From Octopus bimaculoides (Eukaryota): DNA of 49,498 nucleotides. The notes beneath the pieces were generated by a model. It saw only the letters and a list, made by a program, of their open reading frames with translations. It had not been told where the DNA came from and made no database searches. The stretch lies in the NCBI RefSeq assembly GCF_001194135.2, contig NC_068991.1, positions 57,916,199-57,965,696 of the forward strand, given 5' to 3'. The position numbers and the translations under genes are program-made. Shown here piece by piece: positions 1 to 12,369 of the stretch (its first letter is position 1; the number at the start of each line of letters is the position of its first letter).

Positions 1-64
<64 letters not shown>
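1..64. repeat. (TAGA)n microsatellite
   Basis: Perfect tetranucleotide run from the window start. Confidence 0.98.
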
Positions 65-65
<1 letters not shown>

Positions 66-231
66 CCAGGGAACACAGCCTGAAATGTATCCTTGACTCG
101 AAATATTTGTTTAAATATCTGACTTCACTTAACCTGCCCGAATGTTCTCCCCTTACCGAATAGATAATGCGAGAAATAATGAATAGGAATAGAAAAAGGG
201 AATTGTATGAGAAATGATGAAATGGATGTCT

Positions 232-700
232 TCATCATCATCGGGTAGGGCTTGCTCGAACATTTTGAACATGTACACGCCATCCATCTCTGTGTCGCAT
301 TAGTGTTGGTTGGTGTTGGGGAAGGCATCCTGTGCCCAAGGTCAGCTGATCTACATATGTAATGTTCATACTACCTTCCTGAGTACCGCCATGTTTCGGC
401 ATCCATAGTAATAAGTCACTTGTCAACTCTTTAGCCCGCCAGTAATGTCCCGCTATGCACAGGCACCTTTCCACTTTAATAATGGATGATCTCCATACAC
501 CTTGGTGGGATTGAGTTTTCAAAGATATGTTTAAGACTGTTCTTAAAATTCTGCTGTAAGTTCTATATAGCTTGGTTTCCAGTTTTTTGGTAAGCCCCAA
601 GATTGTTGCTCCAGAAAGATTAACTCTACTGTTGCATAGAGACCATTCCTCACAAGTTTGTCTGACAGGGTTTATTTCCAGACAATATCCAGTTTGGCTT
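232..700 (-). mobile_element. Decayed RTE-clade LINE, 3' end (RT C-terminal region)
   Basis: Minus-strand translation ...NGLYATVELIFLEQQSWGLTKKLE...YSRILRTVLNIS...GHYWRAKE..SDLLLWMPKHG..TYVDQL follows the RTE pattern (ATVESVLLYGSETWTLTK...YTRMLR.ALNISW...GHCWR...SDLLLW.P.HG..TYIDQL); short (GAT)n tail near 232-243. Confidence 0.85.
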
Positions 701-1899
701 AAGGTGTCTTAAATAGAATGAATTATAAGTAAAGGGGTACAAGATGAAATAAAAAGTGGATACATGGGGAGGACAAAAGAATAGTTGAAAGGTACAGGGC
801 AGTAATGTTGAGAGATGTGTAGTGATCGGAATGAGACTATTGGGTGTAGCTTTTGGACGCTAACGATCTGGAATGCCTCAGCCTATATTCGAGCTGTTTT
901 CAACACATAATGTTTAGCGCTGGAGGAAAATACACAAACATAAATGCATTCGCGGTGCACGCAGAAATATACACGTATAGGTAGAGAATGTGAAAGCGAC
1001 AATTTCTTATTTGAATATGATTAACATAAACGCTTTCCCTTTCCTTATATGGATAAAGAGAAATATGCTTACACAAATAAACAGAGAGAGAAAGAGAGAC
1101 AGATAGATAGACAAACAGACAGAAAGAGAGACAGAAAGAAGGAGAGAGGAAAAAATAAAGAGAAAACGAAAGAAACATTAAAATATCTGATGTCAAATAA
1201 ACTCAACGTCTAATGATGCCGTCAGATAAACGGCACCAAATTGTTTCTGCCCAAAGGTTTCATAGTCATACAACGAAGTGCCATGCAAAAGAGAAATAGG
1301 AAAGAAGAAATATTGAATACAGGAGAGATTGAGTAAGTAACACGGCCAATATCATAATATGGAGAAAGAGCCGAAGATGAGTAAATACATGGTAATATGT
1401 CAGGAGAATTGAAAAATGATGTCATGGAGAAATATGCAAAGCCCTGTTCTTGATGTTTTTTTTTTCTACAGATCCTCCAATTACAAGTTCACCATGTCGA
1501 TTATCTAACCCATCTTACATATGACAAGAAAAATTAGGGCTGTTATACAACAAAATGAATTGCATAGCATTAACCGATTTATATTAATGTGACATTAGCG
1601 TACTTGACATCAACGTTACGTGTTTGAAATGTAAGAAAAACTGTATGAATTAGAATACACAATTTGGCAATCAAAACTCAATTTCCCCAATGCAACCATT
1701 AAATTTTCTCATGAAATCTGGAGGTTTCCTCTCACAGAAAATGCACCCAAAGTTGAGAATAAGCGGTTAGAAACAAGATTGCGTAATAAGCTTCTGTCAG
1801 CTTTGCATCAACACCTCCATAAAATAAAATCCATAAAAAGCTTTCACGTGAAGTAGTGTTTTATTTACCGATTCGTCAGTGAAAAGAAATTCTTAAATA

Positions 1900-2270
1900 T
1901 GAAAGTAAAAGATACAAAGACAATGCGCACGGCTATGGAAAGCAGATACAACCTTTTCAGATGTAAATCATTCGCAGATCGGGTAGAATAAGCAGAAAAG
2001 ATGGAGTAAAAATCGTTGCAAAAGTAGAAAAGCCGAAAGTTCAAAGGAGTCTATCGTCCAAAATCAAGTCCACTGGGGAGATTCAATAAGCGATGAGTAC
2101 CATCTTGACAGGTGTATGGAGGGGAAGAGAGTTAGAGGCCATAAATGATGTCTATGGACTTACGACATGAAAGAAAAACGGACTGTAAACATAAACGAAA
2201 CCCTGAATAGTTGTATGCATGTAGCACAGCTCAAAAGAACTGAAGTCTTGAGTAACCGTCACAGTGAGGA
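1900..2270 (+). mobile_element. Highly decayed RTE LINE 3' end
   Basis: Frameshifted pieces RISRKDGVKIVAKVEKPKVQRSLSSKIKS and MEGKRVRGHK*CLWTYDMKE align by eye with RTE motifs RISW.DKVTNEEVL...RSLL.KIKSR and IEGKR.RGR.R..W.D.IKE. Confidence 0.5.
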
Positions 2271-3704
2271 TGGCAGCGGGTGGCAGCGAACAAAGAACAG
2301 ATCGTACCATGAGGAGTATCATGTTTCTACAAACTTAATTCCTAGCTTGGTTTCTTGCAACAGAGTGAAATTATTTGCACCAAAGGACAGACTTAAGCTA
2401 AGCGGATTAAATCCTAAATCTCAGCGATCACAGTGCCAACAATGGGAATCAATCCCACAAAGAATCATGATCAAAGCTCTGACAGTTCTCTTACCCAACA
2501 TCTTGGATCTGCACTATATCTTAACGATCCTGAAAGGGCTAAAAAGTAAAGCTTATTCCAACCTGATTTGTCTCAGAGTGCAGAGCTGGAAGAAATAGTA
2601 GTAGGCATTTGACCAACTCTCTATCAATACTGTTATATTGAATGAGAGTTGATAGGAGGGAGCAAGAGATTCTGGGCTAATCGACTGCAATATGTTTGAT
2701 CTAGTAATAAATTATTATCCTATGATAGAGCATCTACGTGGTCGCCTCCACTACTAGAAACACCAGCGCAATGTAACTTAACTGACATCGTATTTTTGTA
2801 TATAATGGTCAGTAGGATAATGTGACTGTGGACTTTGGTCTTTATGACAAATTTGGCATAGTCATGGACGGAACGCTTGTGACAAAACAATAAATGTGTT
2901 CACTGATCAATTACGTGAAAGTGAATAAAAAATGTATCACACATAAAGAAGAGATAAATACTCAAATCTGAAAGACTTAGTGATGGTTACGCTGAGAATT
3001 TTTTCTGAGCTGGGTGGAGGTGCTTGTCTCCTCCTCGCAAATATAAGGACACAGGAAATGTATCAAGGCCGACAGGAAGCGGTCCAGCTTCCTGGGGCTA
3101 AATATCAGCAGTATGATTCCCTTATTGGGACTGTCACATTGAGTTGACAGTATAAAACTGCTTTATTGTAACACTACTGCTTAATTCTCTCTGTGTGATT
3201 TATAATTAGATCATTTCTATTTTTTTTCTTTTCTGTTTTAAATGTATTTTTTGAAAATGTAGTTTAAAAAGTTTTGTGGATATAGGGGTGATCAAGGTGC
3301 ACCACCTTCCTCTAAAAATTAATTAACGGGACAACGAATTGTCTATATAGAGACATTTGAGCTGCTAGAAATAGCAGCAACATCACCGTTTTTGAATGAG
3401 TGATACGTTAGACATGTTTCTGGAGGAATGATGTTGCAATAAAAGATGGGATCGTTTAAGGTTAATGTGATGCTAAAACAATAACTGCAACAATAAGAAT
3501 AGTTAATAACATTTTTAAGGGTCCTCTTCAAAACGATATTTGAAAGTTACATTTTTCAGCCCTAATTTACGTTTAAGAGTCGCAAACAAAAAGACACTTA
3601 CTCATCATCATATTGGACAAATTTATCTTTTTCCTTTTCTTTAAACTTCGATATCACAACCTAAAACCATTCCAATACCCCTTGCTGTCTCCATCCTCTC
3701 TCTC

Positions 3705-3857
<153 letters not shown>

Positions 3858-4579
3858 CACATATTTTTATTTGTTTTAATTCAATTTTCTTTTCGCACTT
3901 CTCATCGCTTCTCTTCTAGTATTAATCCATCGACTGATTTCTTTTGTGCTCTCTTAAATAGATAAAATCTTTATTTCTTAATTTGTTTATTTTTAATAAT
4001 GGTTATTTATTAATTTTGGTTTTTGATATATGTCGACATTATAGATGTGTTTATTTTTTTTCGGCTTTCCCCACCCTGATCCAACAGACATATAATCAAA
4101 TGTATACACTCCCCATTCCTATTAGCACCCATATACTGTTCTAATATGCATGCTACAACCACAATATCTAACAAATCCGTTTTTATTTTCTGTATAAGAT
4201 GACGGAGTGGGATTCGGAAGGGTCTTCATGACCATTCATACCACTTAAGTATCAATAACAAAAATATCAATAATACACTCACGATTTAACTGATTGTTCT
4301 TTCTCCTCTCTTGCATTAAAATCGGTTGCATGCAAAATCTAATAATTATGTACGCACACAAACACACACACACACGTGTGGGTGCATCTATATGTATGTA
4401 TATGTATGTATATGTGTGTATATANNNNNNNNNNNNNNNNNNNNNNNNNNNNNNNNNNNNNNNNNNNNNNNNNNNNNNNNNNNNNNNNNNNNNNNNNNNN
4501 NNNNNNNNNNNNNNNNNNNNNNNNNNNNNNNNNNNNNNNNNNNNNNNNNNNNNNNNNNNNNNNNTATACCAACTAGCTC

Positions 4580-5172
4580 GATAGATCCTCCAAATTTTCA
4601 AAACATTAGAAAAGGAGACAATGATGGTCCTTTGGAGGGCATACGTCCTCAGGCGCTTGGACTACTGCTCCGAAATATTGTCAGCAAACAATAAAAAAAT
4701 AACGGTGGAACTCGAAGCAATCCTGCGAAGCTACACCGAGAAAATCATCTCAACGGAACGTATCAGCTACTGGGAAATACTGAGAGATGTAAAACTCTTC
4801 TCCCCAGAACGAAGGTGGGAAAGATATGCAGTGATACAAATCTGGAAAATCCTGGTAGGCCTTGTGCTAAGCTTTGGCATTGAAAGTTACACAAACAAGT
4901 AGAACTGGCGCCACTGCATAGTGTCAATGATCTCAGCATCTCCATCAAAATACAGGACCAGGTACTGTAACAGCTTGGATTGCAAGGGCCCACAGCTATT
5001 CAATATTCTTCCAAAATGCCTGAGAGGCCTGCATGGTTTGGATGTAGGTGTCTTCAAAATAAAACTGGATCTCTTCCTGTCAATGGTTCCAGATGAACCT
5101 ACCTCACGGCAAGAAACACAAACAAGGACAGCAGCAGCATCAAACTCCCTCATTCACCATATATATGCAAAA

Positions 5173-5205
<33 letters not shown>
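4580..5205 (+). mobile_element. CR1/L2-group LINE, 3' end, pseudogenised, followed by (TA)n
   Basis: ORFs 4621-4902 and 4921-5178 give MMVLWRAYV...LDYCSEI...YWEILRDVKLFSPERRWERYAVIQIWKILVGLV...NSLDCKGPQLFNILPKCLR...FKIKLDLFLSMVPDEP...AASNSLIH, the typical CR1-like post-RT sequence; followed by a (TA)n run and a gap. Confidence 0.9.
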
Positions 5206-5686
5206 NNNNNNNNNNNNNNNNNNNNNNNNNNNNNNNNNNNNNNNNNNNNNNNNNNNNNNNNNNNNNNNNNNNNNNNNNNNNNNNNNNNNNNNNNNNNNNN
5301 NNNNNNNNNNNNNNNNNNNNNNNNNNNNNNNNNNNNNNNNNNNNNNNNNNNNNNNNNNNNNNNNNNNNNNNNNNNNNNNNNNNNNNNNNNNNNNNNNNNN
5401 NNNNNNNNNNNNNNNNNNNNNNNNNNNNNNNNNNNNNNNNNNNNNNNNNNNNNNNNNNNNNNNNNNNNNNNNNNNNNNNNNNNNNNNNNNNNNNNNNNNN
5501 NNNNNNNNNNNNNNNTATATACATACACACACACACACACACACACACAGACACACACACATACACACACACACACAGACACACACACACACACATATAT
5601 AGGTATATATACAAACTTATACATACACACACGCGCGCACGCACATACACACTCATGTATACATATATAGAAGTATGTATGTATGA

Positions 5687-5833
5687 AACTTTTCAGTTTC
5701 CAGCTACCAAATCCACTCACAAAGCATTGATCGGCTCGAGGCTATAATAGAAGACACGTGCCTAAGGTTCCACACAGTGGTACTGAACTAGAAACCATGT
5801 GGTTGGGAAGCAAACTTCTTACTACTGAGCCAC
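5687..5833 (-). mobile_element. SINE family A, 5' half (tRNA-like head plus body)
   Basis: Reverse complement matches 6268-6430: A-box-like GTGGCTCAGTAGTAAG, B-box-like GTTCAGTACC, body GTGAGTGGATTTGGTAG.GGAAACTGAAA. Confidence 0.85.
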
Positions 5834-5873
5834 TTTTTACCATACACCGGCGCACGGCACGCACAATGTCTGC

Positions 5874-5910
<37 letters not shown>

Positions 5911-6267
5911 CGTGATATCTTTTCTTATTTGCGGGAAAAATTTTAGGTCGCTACCTACCGTTTCAAAACCATCCGAGATTAAGTTTCGCATTTCCGTTTT
6001 CACGAAGTATGAGGAAATTGTAGTTGTTGTTGTTGTATTACCGTAACTGGTTTTAATGTTGCCGTTGTTTAACCGTAGGTTATCAGTGCTTGAGCAAACC
6101 ATCCAATTTTCCTACTTACAGAAAACGCCAGAATCCGTTATCCAACATTTTTTTAACATTGGTTATAGTATGATCTGGTGAAGACTCGGTTTCCCTCTGT
6201 TGCAGATTTTGGTATTATATAGAAGCAATCTCGCTGATTTGATAAATATCAGTTATATTCTTGGGTA

Positions 6268-6430
6268 TGCGCAGAAGTGGCTGTGTTGTAAGTAACTTAC
6301 TTACCAACCACATGGTTCCGGGTTCAGTCCCACTGCGTGGCACTTTGGACAAGTGTCTTCTACTATAGCCTCGGGTCGACCAAAGCCTTGTGAGTGGATT
6401 TGGTAGACGGAAACTGAAAGAAGACAGTCG

Positions 6431-6508
<78 letters not shown>

Positions 6509-6733
6509 CATGTGTGTGTTTGTGTGTCTGTGTTTGCCCCCCCCCCCAACATCGCTTGACAACCGATGCTGTTGTGTTTACGTCCCCGTAATATAGCGGT
6601 TCGGCAAAAGAGTACGATATAATAAGTACTAGGCTTACAAAAGAATAAGTCCTGGGGTCGATTTGCTCGACTAAAGGCGGTGCTCCAGCATGGCCGCAGT
6701 CAAATGACTGAAACAAGAAAAAGAGTAAAAGAG
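6268..6733 (+). mobile_element. SINE family A, full-length, with internal (TA)n/(TG)n microsatellite
   Basis: tRNA-like head (GTGGCTGTGTTGTAAG...GGTTCCGGGTTCAGTCCC), conserved body, microsatellite at about 6430-6530, conserved 3' half ending GACTGAAACAAGAAAAAGAGTAAAAGAG; many homologous copies in the window. Confidence 0.92.
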
Positions 6734-6892
6734 ATATGTAAGTTCAAACCATAATATGCTATAATTTTTGGAATGAGTAGGATGGGCGTGTTTGTCTTTT
6801 TGTTATTTATCTGTGGATTCGCAGATTCTTTAGAAGACTGAAGAAAATGCCTTATGGATGTTTTGGAAACTCTTTGCCTTGTGAGTTCAAAT

Positions 6893-7010
6893 CACGCGTT
6901 AAGGATACACGTGTCTGCGAAGTGGTCAGTTACTTGCACATTAATTTCATGAGCAGGCAATTTCGTTGACTGGATCAACTGGAACGCTCGTCGTCGTAAG
7001 CGACGGATTT
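6893..7010 (+). mobile_element. SINE family B, 3' fragment
   Basis: Matches the 3' third of the full copies (TTGCAC.TTAATTTCA.GAGCAGG...CTCGTCGTCGTAAGCGACGGA). Confidence 0.8.
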
Positions 7011-7429
7011 TCAGTTTTTAATTTTATTATTCATCGTATTTAATACATCTCTATTGAATTATTCGATTACATGCAACGCAAACATATTGATGGCGTTGTC
7101 TTTTATAATTCAAGTGGATTGAGATCGATTAAATAGTACCAGTTTTATACTGAGGTCGATTTAATATAGTGCGACCTCCAGTACCAAAACTCCGTCCATC
7201 AATGTCAGAAAGCAATATCCTAATATTTTTGTATTTGATGTATTATTGTGTGTTTTGTTTTTGCTATATTTTTGAATTTTATTTGTTCATTTATTTATTT
7301 GTGTACGGTTTTGCTTCCCTTTTTTTTTCTATTTTCATATCGGATTTTCTTTATTCTTTTATTTCTGGTTTTCTTTCATCTATTATTTCATTCATATTTA
7401 TGATTAATTTATTTTTAGCTTGTCATTCA

Positions 7430-7673
7430 AATATTGTTACTATCCCTTCTCCTCTCTCACTCTCTTACCATTTCTCTCTATACATCCCTTCCCCTCATTC
7501 TCTCTGTCTCTCAATCTGTATTTGTCATTCATTCTCTATTATTCTGACTCGTTCTCTTTTATTCTCTCGTTCATTGTCATTAATTCTCTTTCATTAATTC
7601 CATCCTTCTTTGTTTATTTCTGCTTTTTTTATTTCCTTTTTCTTCCACACTCTCACACTCTCATCCCTATCTC

Positions 7674-7728
<55 letters not shown>

Positions 7729-8360
7729 TCTTTCTTTCTTTCTCTTTCTCTCTCTTTCTTTCTCTCTGTCTCAGTTTGTCTGTCTCTGTTTTCCTCTGGT
7801 TTGTCTTCTTATTATTCCATCGTTCTTAATTCTCCTCCTTCTTTGTTCTCTCTTTCTATGTCTCTCTTTTCAATCCCCCTCTCTCTTTCTCTCTCTCTCT
7901 TCTTTTCTCTCTGTCTTTCTCTCTCTCTCTCTCTTTCGCTCTCTCTCTTCTTCCCTCTTTACCTCCAATTATCTCTCATCACCGGTGACCTGTCTTTTAT
8001 GCTCATTCGTTTTCTTCTTCCACCTCGTCGTTTGATAGTCTTTCTCTCATCGACGCATTGTCTCTCTGTCTCTCCCCCCTCTCTCTGTCTCTCCCCCCTC
8101 TCTCTGTCTCTCCCCCTCTCTCTTTCTCTCCGGCTTATCTCTTGTTCTCTATTTTAATATCGCCCACTCTCTATGTTCTACCCCCTTCTTTCCTTTTATC
8201 TCTCTCTTTACATCCTCTACCCCCTCCCTTTTCTGTCACTCATGTTCATATTCCACCTCTATTACACACGCACACACACACACATACACGCACTCTCTCT
8301 TCTTCTTTCTTTCTCTTCCCTTCTCCGTCCCACTCTCTCTCTCTCTCTCTCTCTCTAACT
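7430..8360. repeat. CT-rich low-complexity polypyrimidine tract with (CT)n runs
   Basis: About 0.9 kb dominated by C and T on the plus strand. Confidence 0.9.
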
Positions 8361-8736
8361 TGTCTATTCAATTCCCGATTTCTCCCCTACTCATTCTCCT
8401 CCATGCTTTATTATTTTAATATTTGCACAAATCTTCATCTTATCACCCTTCAAAAGATACAGAAACAATAAAAACAATCATAAATTTCCTAACGACGACG
8501 ACAGCGAAAAAAACAAAAACAAAAGAAAAACAAAAACAAAACAAGAGCGGAGTGGTGTAGTGGCAACGTTGATATGATGGCGGATGGGGTGACGGTAGGT
8601 GGGAGAATAGCAGTGAGACGGGGCAGGGTGAAGGAAAGGTAGGTTTCTGGGGGCGGTGTTGGCCGTTTAAGTAATGAGTATAATGAAGGCATTGTGCCAT
8701 CGATCTTTCAAACGTACGTGAACGTGTGTACATGGC

Positions 8737-8769
<33 letters not shown>

Positions 8770-9059
8770 TATAGATTGCGATGTATAAGGCGTGGGTGTG
8801 TATTGACATTGTTAATTAAAGTTAACTCAATATTCTAATGGAAAGTGGCAACAAAATTTCCTCGTTATTATTGTAATTAATTTTGTTGAAGATTTTGTTG
8901 TTGATGTTGTTGTTGTTGTTGTTGTTGTTATTGGTGTTAGTATTCCGCATAATAGAGTGAAACCGTGGAAAAGATACAAAAATAAGAGAAAGAGAGAGAG
9001 AGAGAAAGAGAGGTGTGTGGGAAGGTTGTTTAGAAATGATAATAGGAGCAGGGGGAGGG

Positions 9060-9240
9060 GTTATTGTGCTTCGATTCCACAGTTTAAGTTATAAGTTCAA
9101 GTGCTACCGATGTGAGACGCCTCGGCTTTTCCTACATCCGGAGATGATAAAATAAGAAACAGTTAAGTGCTACTGGTGAAGCCATCATCTTTGTTTGTCT
9201 TCAAAATTGTTATGTCTGTGCTTTAAGCTTGAAATCATTA
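9060..9240 (+). mobile_element. SINE family C, very degenerate copy
   Basis: Residual motifs GAGATGATAAAATAAGAAACAGTT and CTTGAAATCATTATT resemble the family C body and tail. Confidence 0.45.
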
Positions 9241-9541
9241 TTGGCACTTTTCAAACGGTCACTAAATAGCAGAAATTCGTAAAATATCAGATAATGCGCT
9301 TTCATATGACTTCATACTAAAAAATGAGAGTTTAAATCTACCTTGTGTCAAATTAAACGTTCATTCTTCCGGATTCAATGCCAATCTAGTTTAGTCAGGT
9401 TACTGGACGATATCCCCTGAGACCCTTTTGGGTCTTCATCAAAGGTTTGTTTTATTTCGTTATCCATCTTACTGTTTTCAGTTCGATCTAGACACTAGAT
9501 CTCATTCTTTCGTTGACATTTATCTAAAGTAGAAGACAAGC

Positions 9542-9840
9542 GTGAAGTCGCATGGTCTAGTGGTCAGAGTATTGTACTAACAATCGCTAGTTTATGGGTT
9601 CGATTCCTGGACCAAGCAGCGTGTTGCTTTCTTGAGCAAAACACTTTATTTCACTTTGTTTCAATCCATTCAGATGTAAATGGGTAACCCTCTAATAGAA
9701 TAATAGCCTTCCAATCAGGGTAATTTTTCCTGCTCGCCTGAGCCAGTGAGGTGGCGTCCTTCGAAAGCCAAAATATGGCAAAACGCATTGTGAACAGCGA
9801 TGTATAACCACACCTGATAGTATAATCGATACCGTGATAA
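9542..9840 (+). mobile_element. SINE family D (B-type head and central domain, different tail)
   Basis: Head GTGAAGTCGCATGGTCTAGTGGTCAGAG...GGGTTCGATTCC, central TTGAGCAAAACACTTTATTTCAC...GTAAATGGGTAACCC (CORE-like), tail unlike family B. Confidence 0.7.
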
Positions 9841-10234
9841 AGTTATAAGTCAAGGATTGGGTTCAATAAAATTGATCTTTTCTTCCAGTTTTGCCTCCGC
9901 AATGAACTGTTACTATGTTTGAATCCATGGAAGATGGAAGAGGTTGTTTAGCGTCTTTAGCTACTTTACTTTTCCTTCTGGTTTCAAAATGACGCCGAAA
10001 TCAATATCTTTATTTCATCCTTCTGAGAATGATAGGATAATGCTTCACTCAAACACTGGGGTTTCATCGTCCTATCATTCACATTTGAAGCACTGTGTTT
10101 ATGTTAGACACGAGTATCAAGAAAAAAGCCCGTCACGTTTGCGTTAGAACGTCAGATCGAACCCAAGTAAACTGTGCTTTCCAAACTTCAGACGTTGAAA
10201 AAGAAAAAGAAATGTTTGGCTAATTGATAATATA

Positions 10235-10455
10235 AATATTGGTTTCAGATTCTGGCACAAGGACAGAAAGATCGGGGACGGGGGTTAAGTCGATTACATG
10301 AACCGCAGTGGTCAACTGGTATTTATTTTATTGACCCTGAAAGGATAAAACACAAAGCTGACCTCGGCGGAATTTGGAACCAGAACGTGAAGACGGACGA
10401 AATGTCACTAAACATATTGCCTGGCGTGCTAACGATTCTGCTAGTTCACCGCCTT
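10235..10455 (-). mobile_element. SINE family C, full-length
   Basis: Reverse complement: AAGGCGGTGAACTAGCAGAATCGTTAGCAC...GTTCCAAATTCCGCCGAGGTCAGCTTTG...GGGTCAATAAAATAAATACCAGTTG...GAAACCAATATT. Confidence 0.9.
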
Positions 10456-11531
10456 ATTATAAATATAAATATTAAATGCTCTCTTGTAATAATTAGCAAT
10501 GAAAATGAAATCTTTGAACTTCTGTTCATTAAGATCTAAAATGTTAGAACCTTTCTAACCTGATGACGGAGTTTCGTCATATCCAATGTGGATTGCTTGC
10601 ATCACGGCTGCTTATTGCGATAACCTACATCTACGAAAAGTATCATGGATTTCCGAGCCTCCAGAAACAGATGTTGGACTCATAACATATTTCTTCCACA
10701 CCTTTAATTTTGTTTGTCGTTTAGATGTATTAATATAAATATCTCTATATTTGTACATGGCTATTCATCGTTTGAAAGTCTCCACTTTTTGCTTGTATAC
10801 AGATATATATATATTTTGTATTTCACACCCAGATTTTTATATTTAATATAACTAATTTGTTTATCCCCGTAATTGCCTCTATATCTGCTCGACTTGATTC
10901 CTCTAATAGTCATTCTTTACCCTGTGGAATTGATTCCATGAAAAGACATCGGACTCTATGTTTGAATCTTCTGAGTACTAGTAATTGTCTTCCATAATGA
11001 AAATCTCTGGATCATACATTATTTTGTGTAATGCTATGGGACATGACAGAAAGAAAGTAGGAAGTCAAAAGTCGGTAGTAATGGAAGAGATGGCAGCATT
11101 TGCGCCGACCACAATGTTGCTGTTGATAATGGTAAAGGAAGAATTCAGAAAGTAGGAGAGAGAGTGGTGGCGAGTGCAATCAATGAAGAGATAAAGAGAG
11201 AAATCATGAAGGAAAGCCAGAAGGTAAGAACATATTCTAAGATGATAGAGACTAAGAGAGTAGGTAAACATAGAAGACAAAAAATTCTGATAATTTGAGA
11301 GATTGCAATGCAAAATGGAGTATTTCAAATAAAGTAGACTTTCGAAAGAAAAATTGTATTTCATTGCTCGCTATTAACTTCCCATCATCTTATAGTTTTA
11401 AAAATAATACTGAAATTTCTCATGACAATCCTAATATATAAAATTGCATGTCACTTGTATGAGTTGCTACAAGTACTAGTAGATATGAAGGTGACTGTTT
11501 TGCTATGATTAATTATGTATATAAGTGAAGA

Positions 11532-11668
11532 CTGGCACTCCGTTGGTTACGGGGACTAGGGTTCTAGTTGATCCAATCCAGGGAACAACCTGCACGAGAA
11601 ATTAACGTGCAAGTGGCTGAGCACAACACGAACACTCGTACCCTTAACGAAGTTCTCAGGGACATTCT
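11532..11668 (-). mobile_element. SINE family B, 3' fragment
   Basis: GCACTCCGTTGGTTACG...GAAATTAACGTGCAAGTGGCTGAGCAC...GTACCCTTAACGAAGTTCTCAGGGA matches full copies. Confidence 0.85.
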
Positions 11669-11715
11669 GAATGCAATGTATTTATGTTCATATGTATGCA
11701 AGCGTTTATGTAAGA

Positions 11716-11717
<2 letters not shown>

Positions 11718-11746
<29 letters not shown>

Positions 11747-11765
11747 TGTATGTATGTATGTATGC
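11718..11765. repeat. (TATG)n microsatellite
   Basis: Direct reading. Confidence 0.9.
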
Positions 11766-11781
11766 ATACAGGTATGTATAA

Positions 11782-12110
11782 AGACTGAAAGTGAAAGTCT
11801 TCTAGCAGAAAGACGTCAGTCTATGGACGTCAAACATAGACCCCTATACCGTCTGCACATCAAACAGCTGGAACATTTTCACACAAGTGCACTACGCAGG
11901 GTCATGAGCATTCGCTGACAGGACAGTGTGACAAATCAAGAGGTGCTGGACAGAGTTACGCTCAGTTACGGTAGACTATCCATGTCATAAGAATGACTGA
12001 GCACCGTGTGCCTAGACAAATGTTGTACGGCGAGCTCAAGCAGATCTCACACAAACGAGGGAGACCTAAAATGACGCACAAACACACTCTGAAAAGTAAC
12101 CTCAAATGTA
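11782..12110 (+). mobile_element. Decayed RTE (BovB-like) LINE 3' fragment
   Basis: LYRLHIKQLEHFHTSALRRVMSIR*QDSVTNQEVLDR, then after a frameshift HVIRMTEHRVPRQMLYGELKQ..HKRGRPK..HKHTLKSNLK: canonical RTE-BovB C-terminal motifs. Confidence 0.9.
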
Positions 12111-12369
12111 AGTATATATGTCTGTATAATTGTATATGATATTGTATACGGCTAACTCAAGAAGTTAAAACTCAAATCAAGTGTACAAAATGCCAGTTTG
12201 CTGAAAGTAGTCGAAGTTGAAATTCCTCCCACATATTTGACAAATTTCATTTCAGTTACAGTCATCGGCTGTGTATTGAATTCATTTGATGTGTCGTTAT
12301 ATAAGCATGTAGAGTACTTATTCGTTATTGAATCATATCAAAGCGATGGAACAGAAACTTCCGAGTCAT

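Noticed and set aside
1222-1425. Hydrophobic 67-aa minus-strand ORF
   Set aside because: Hydrophobicity reflects a purine-rich plus strand; no splice sites or homology.
1987-2598. About 204-codon frame with one stop, including ORF 2167-2598, as a novel gene
   Set aside because: Its first half is better explained as decayed RTE sequence; no domain or splice structure supports the rest.
10229-10473. 12-bp TSD AATATAAATATT around a SINE C
   Set aside because: Low-complexity AT sequence overlapping the SINE tail; could be chance.
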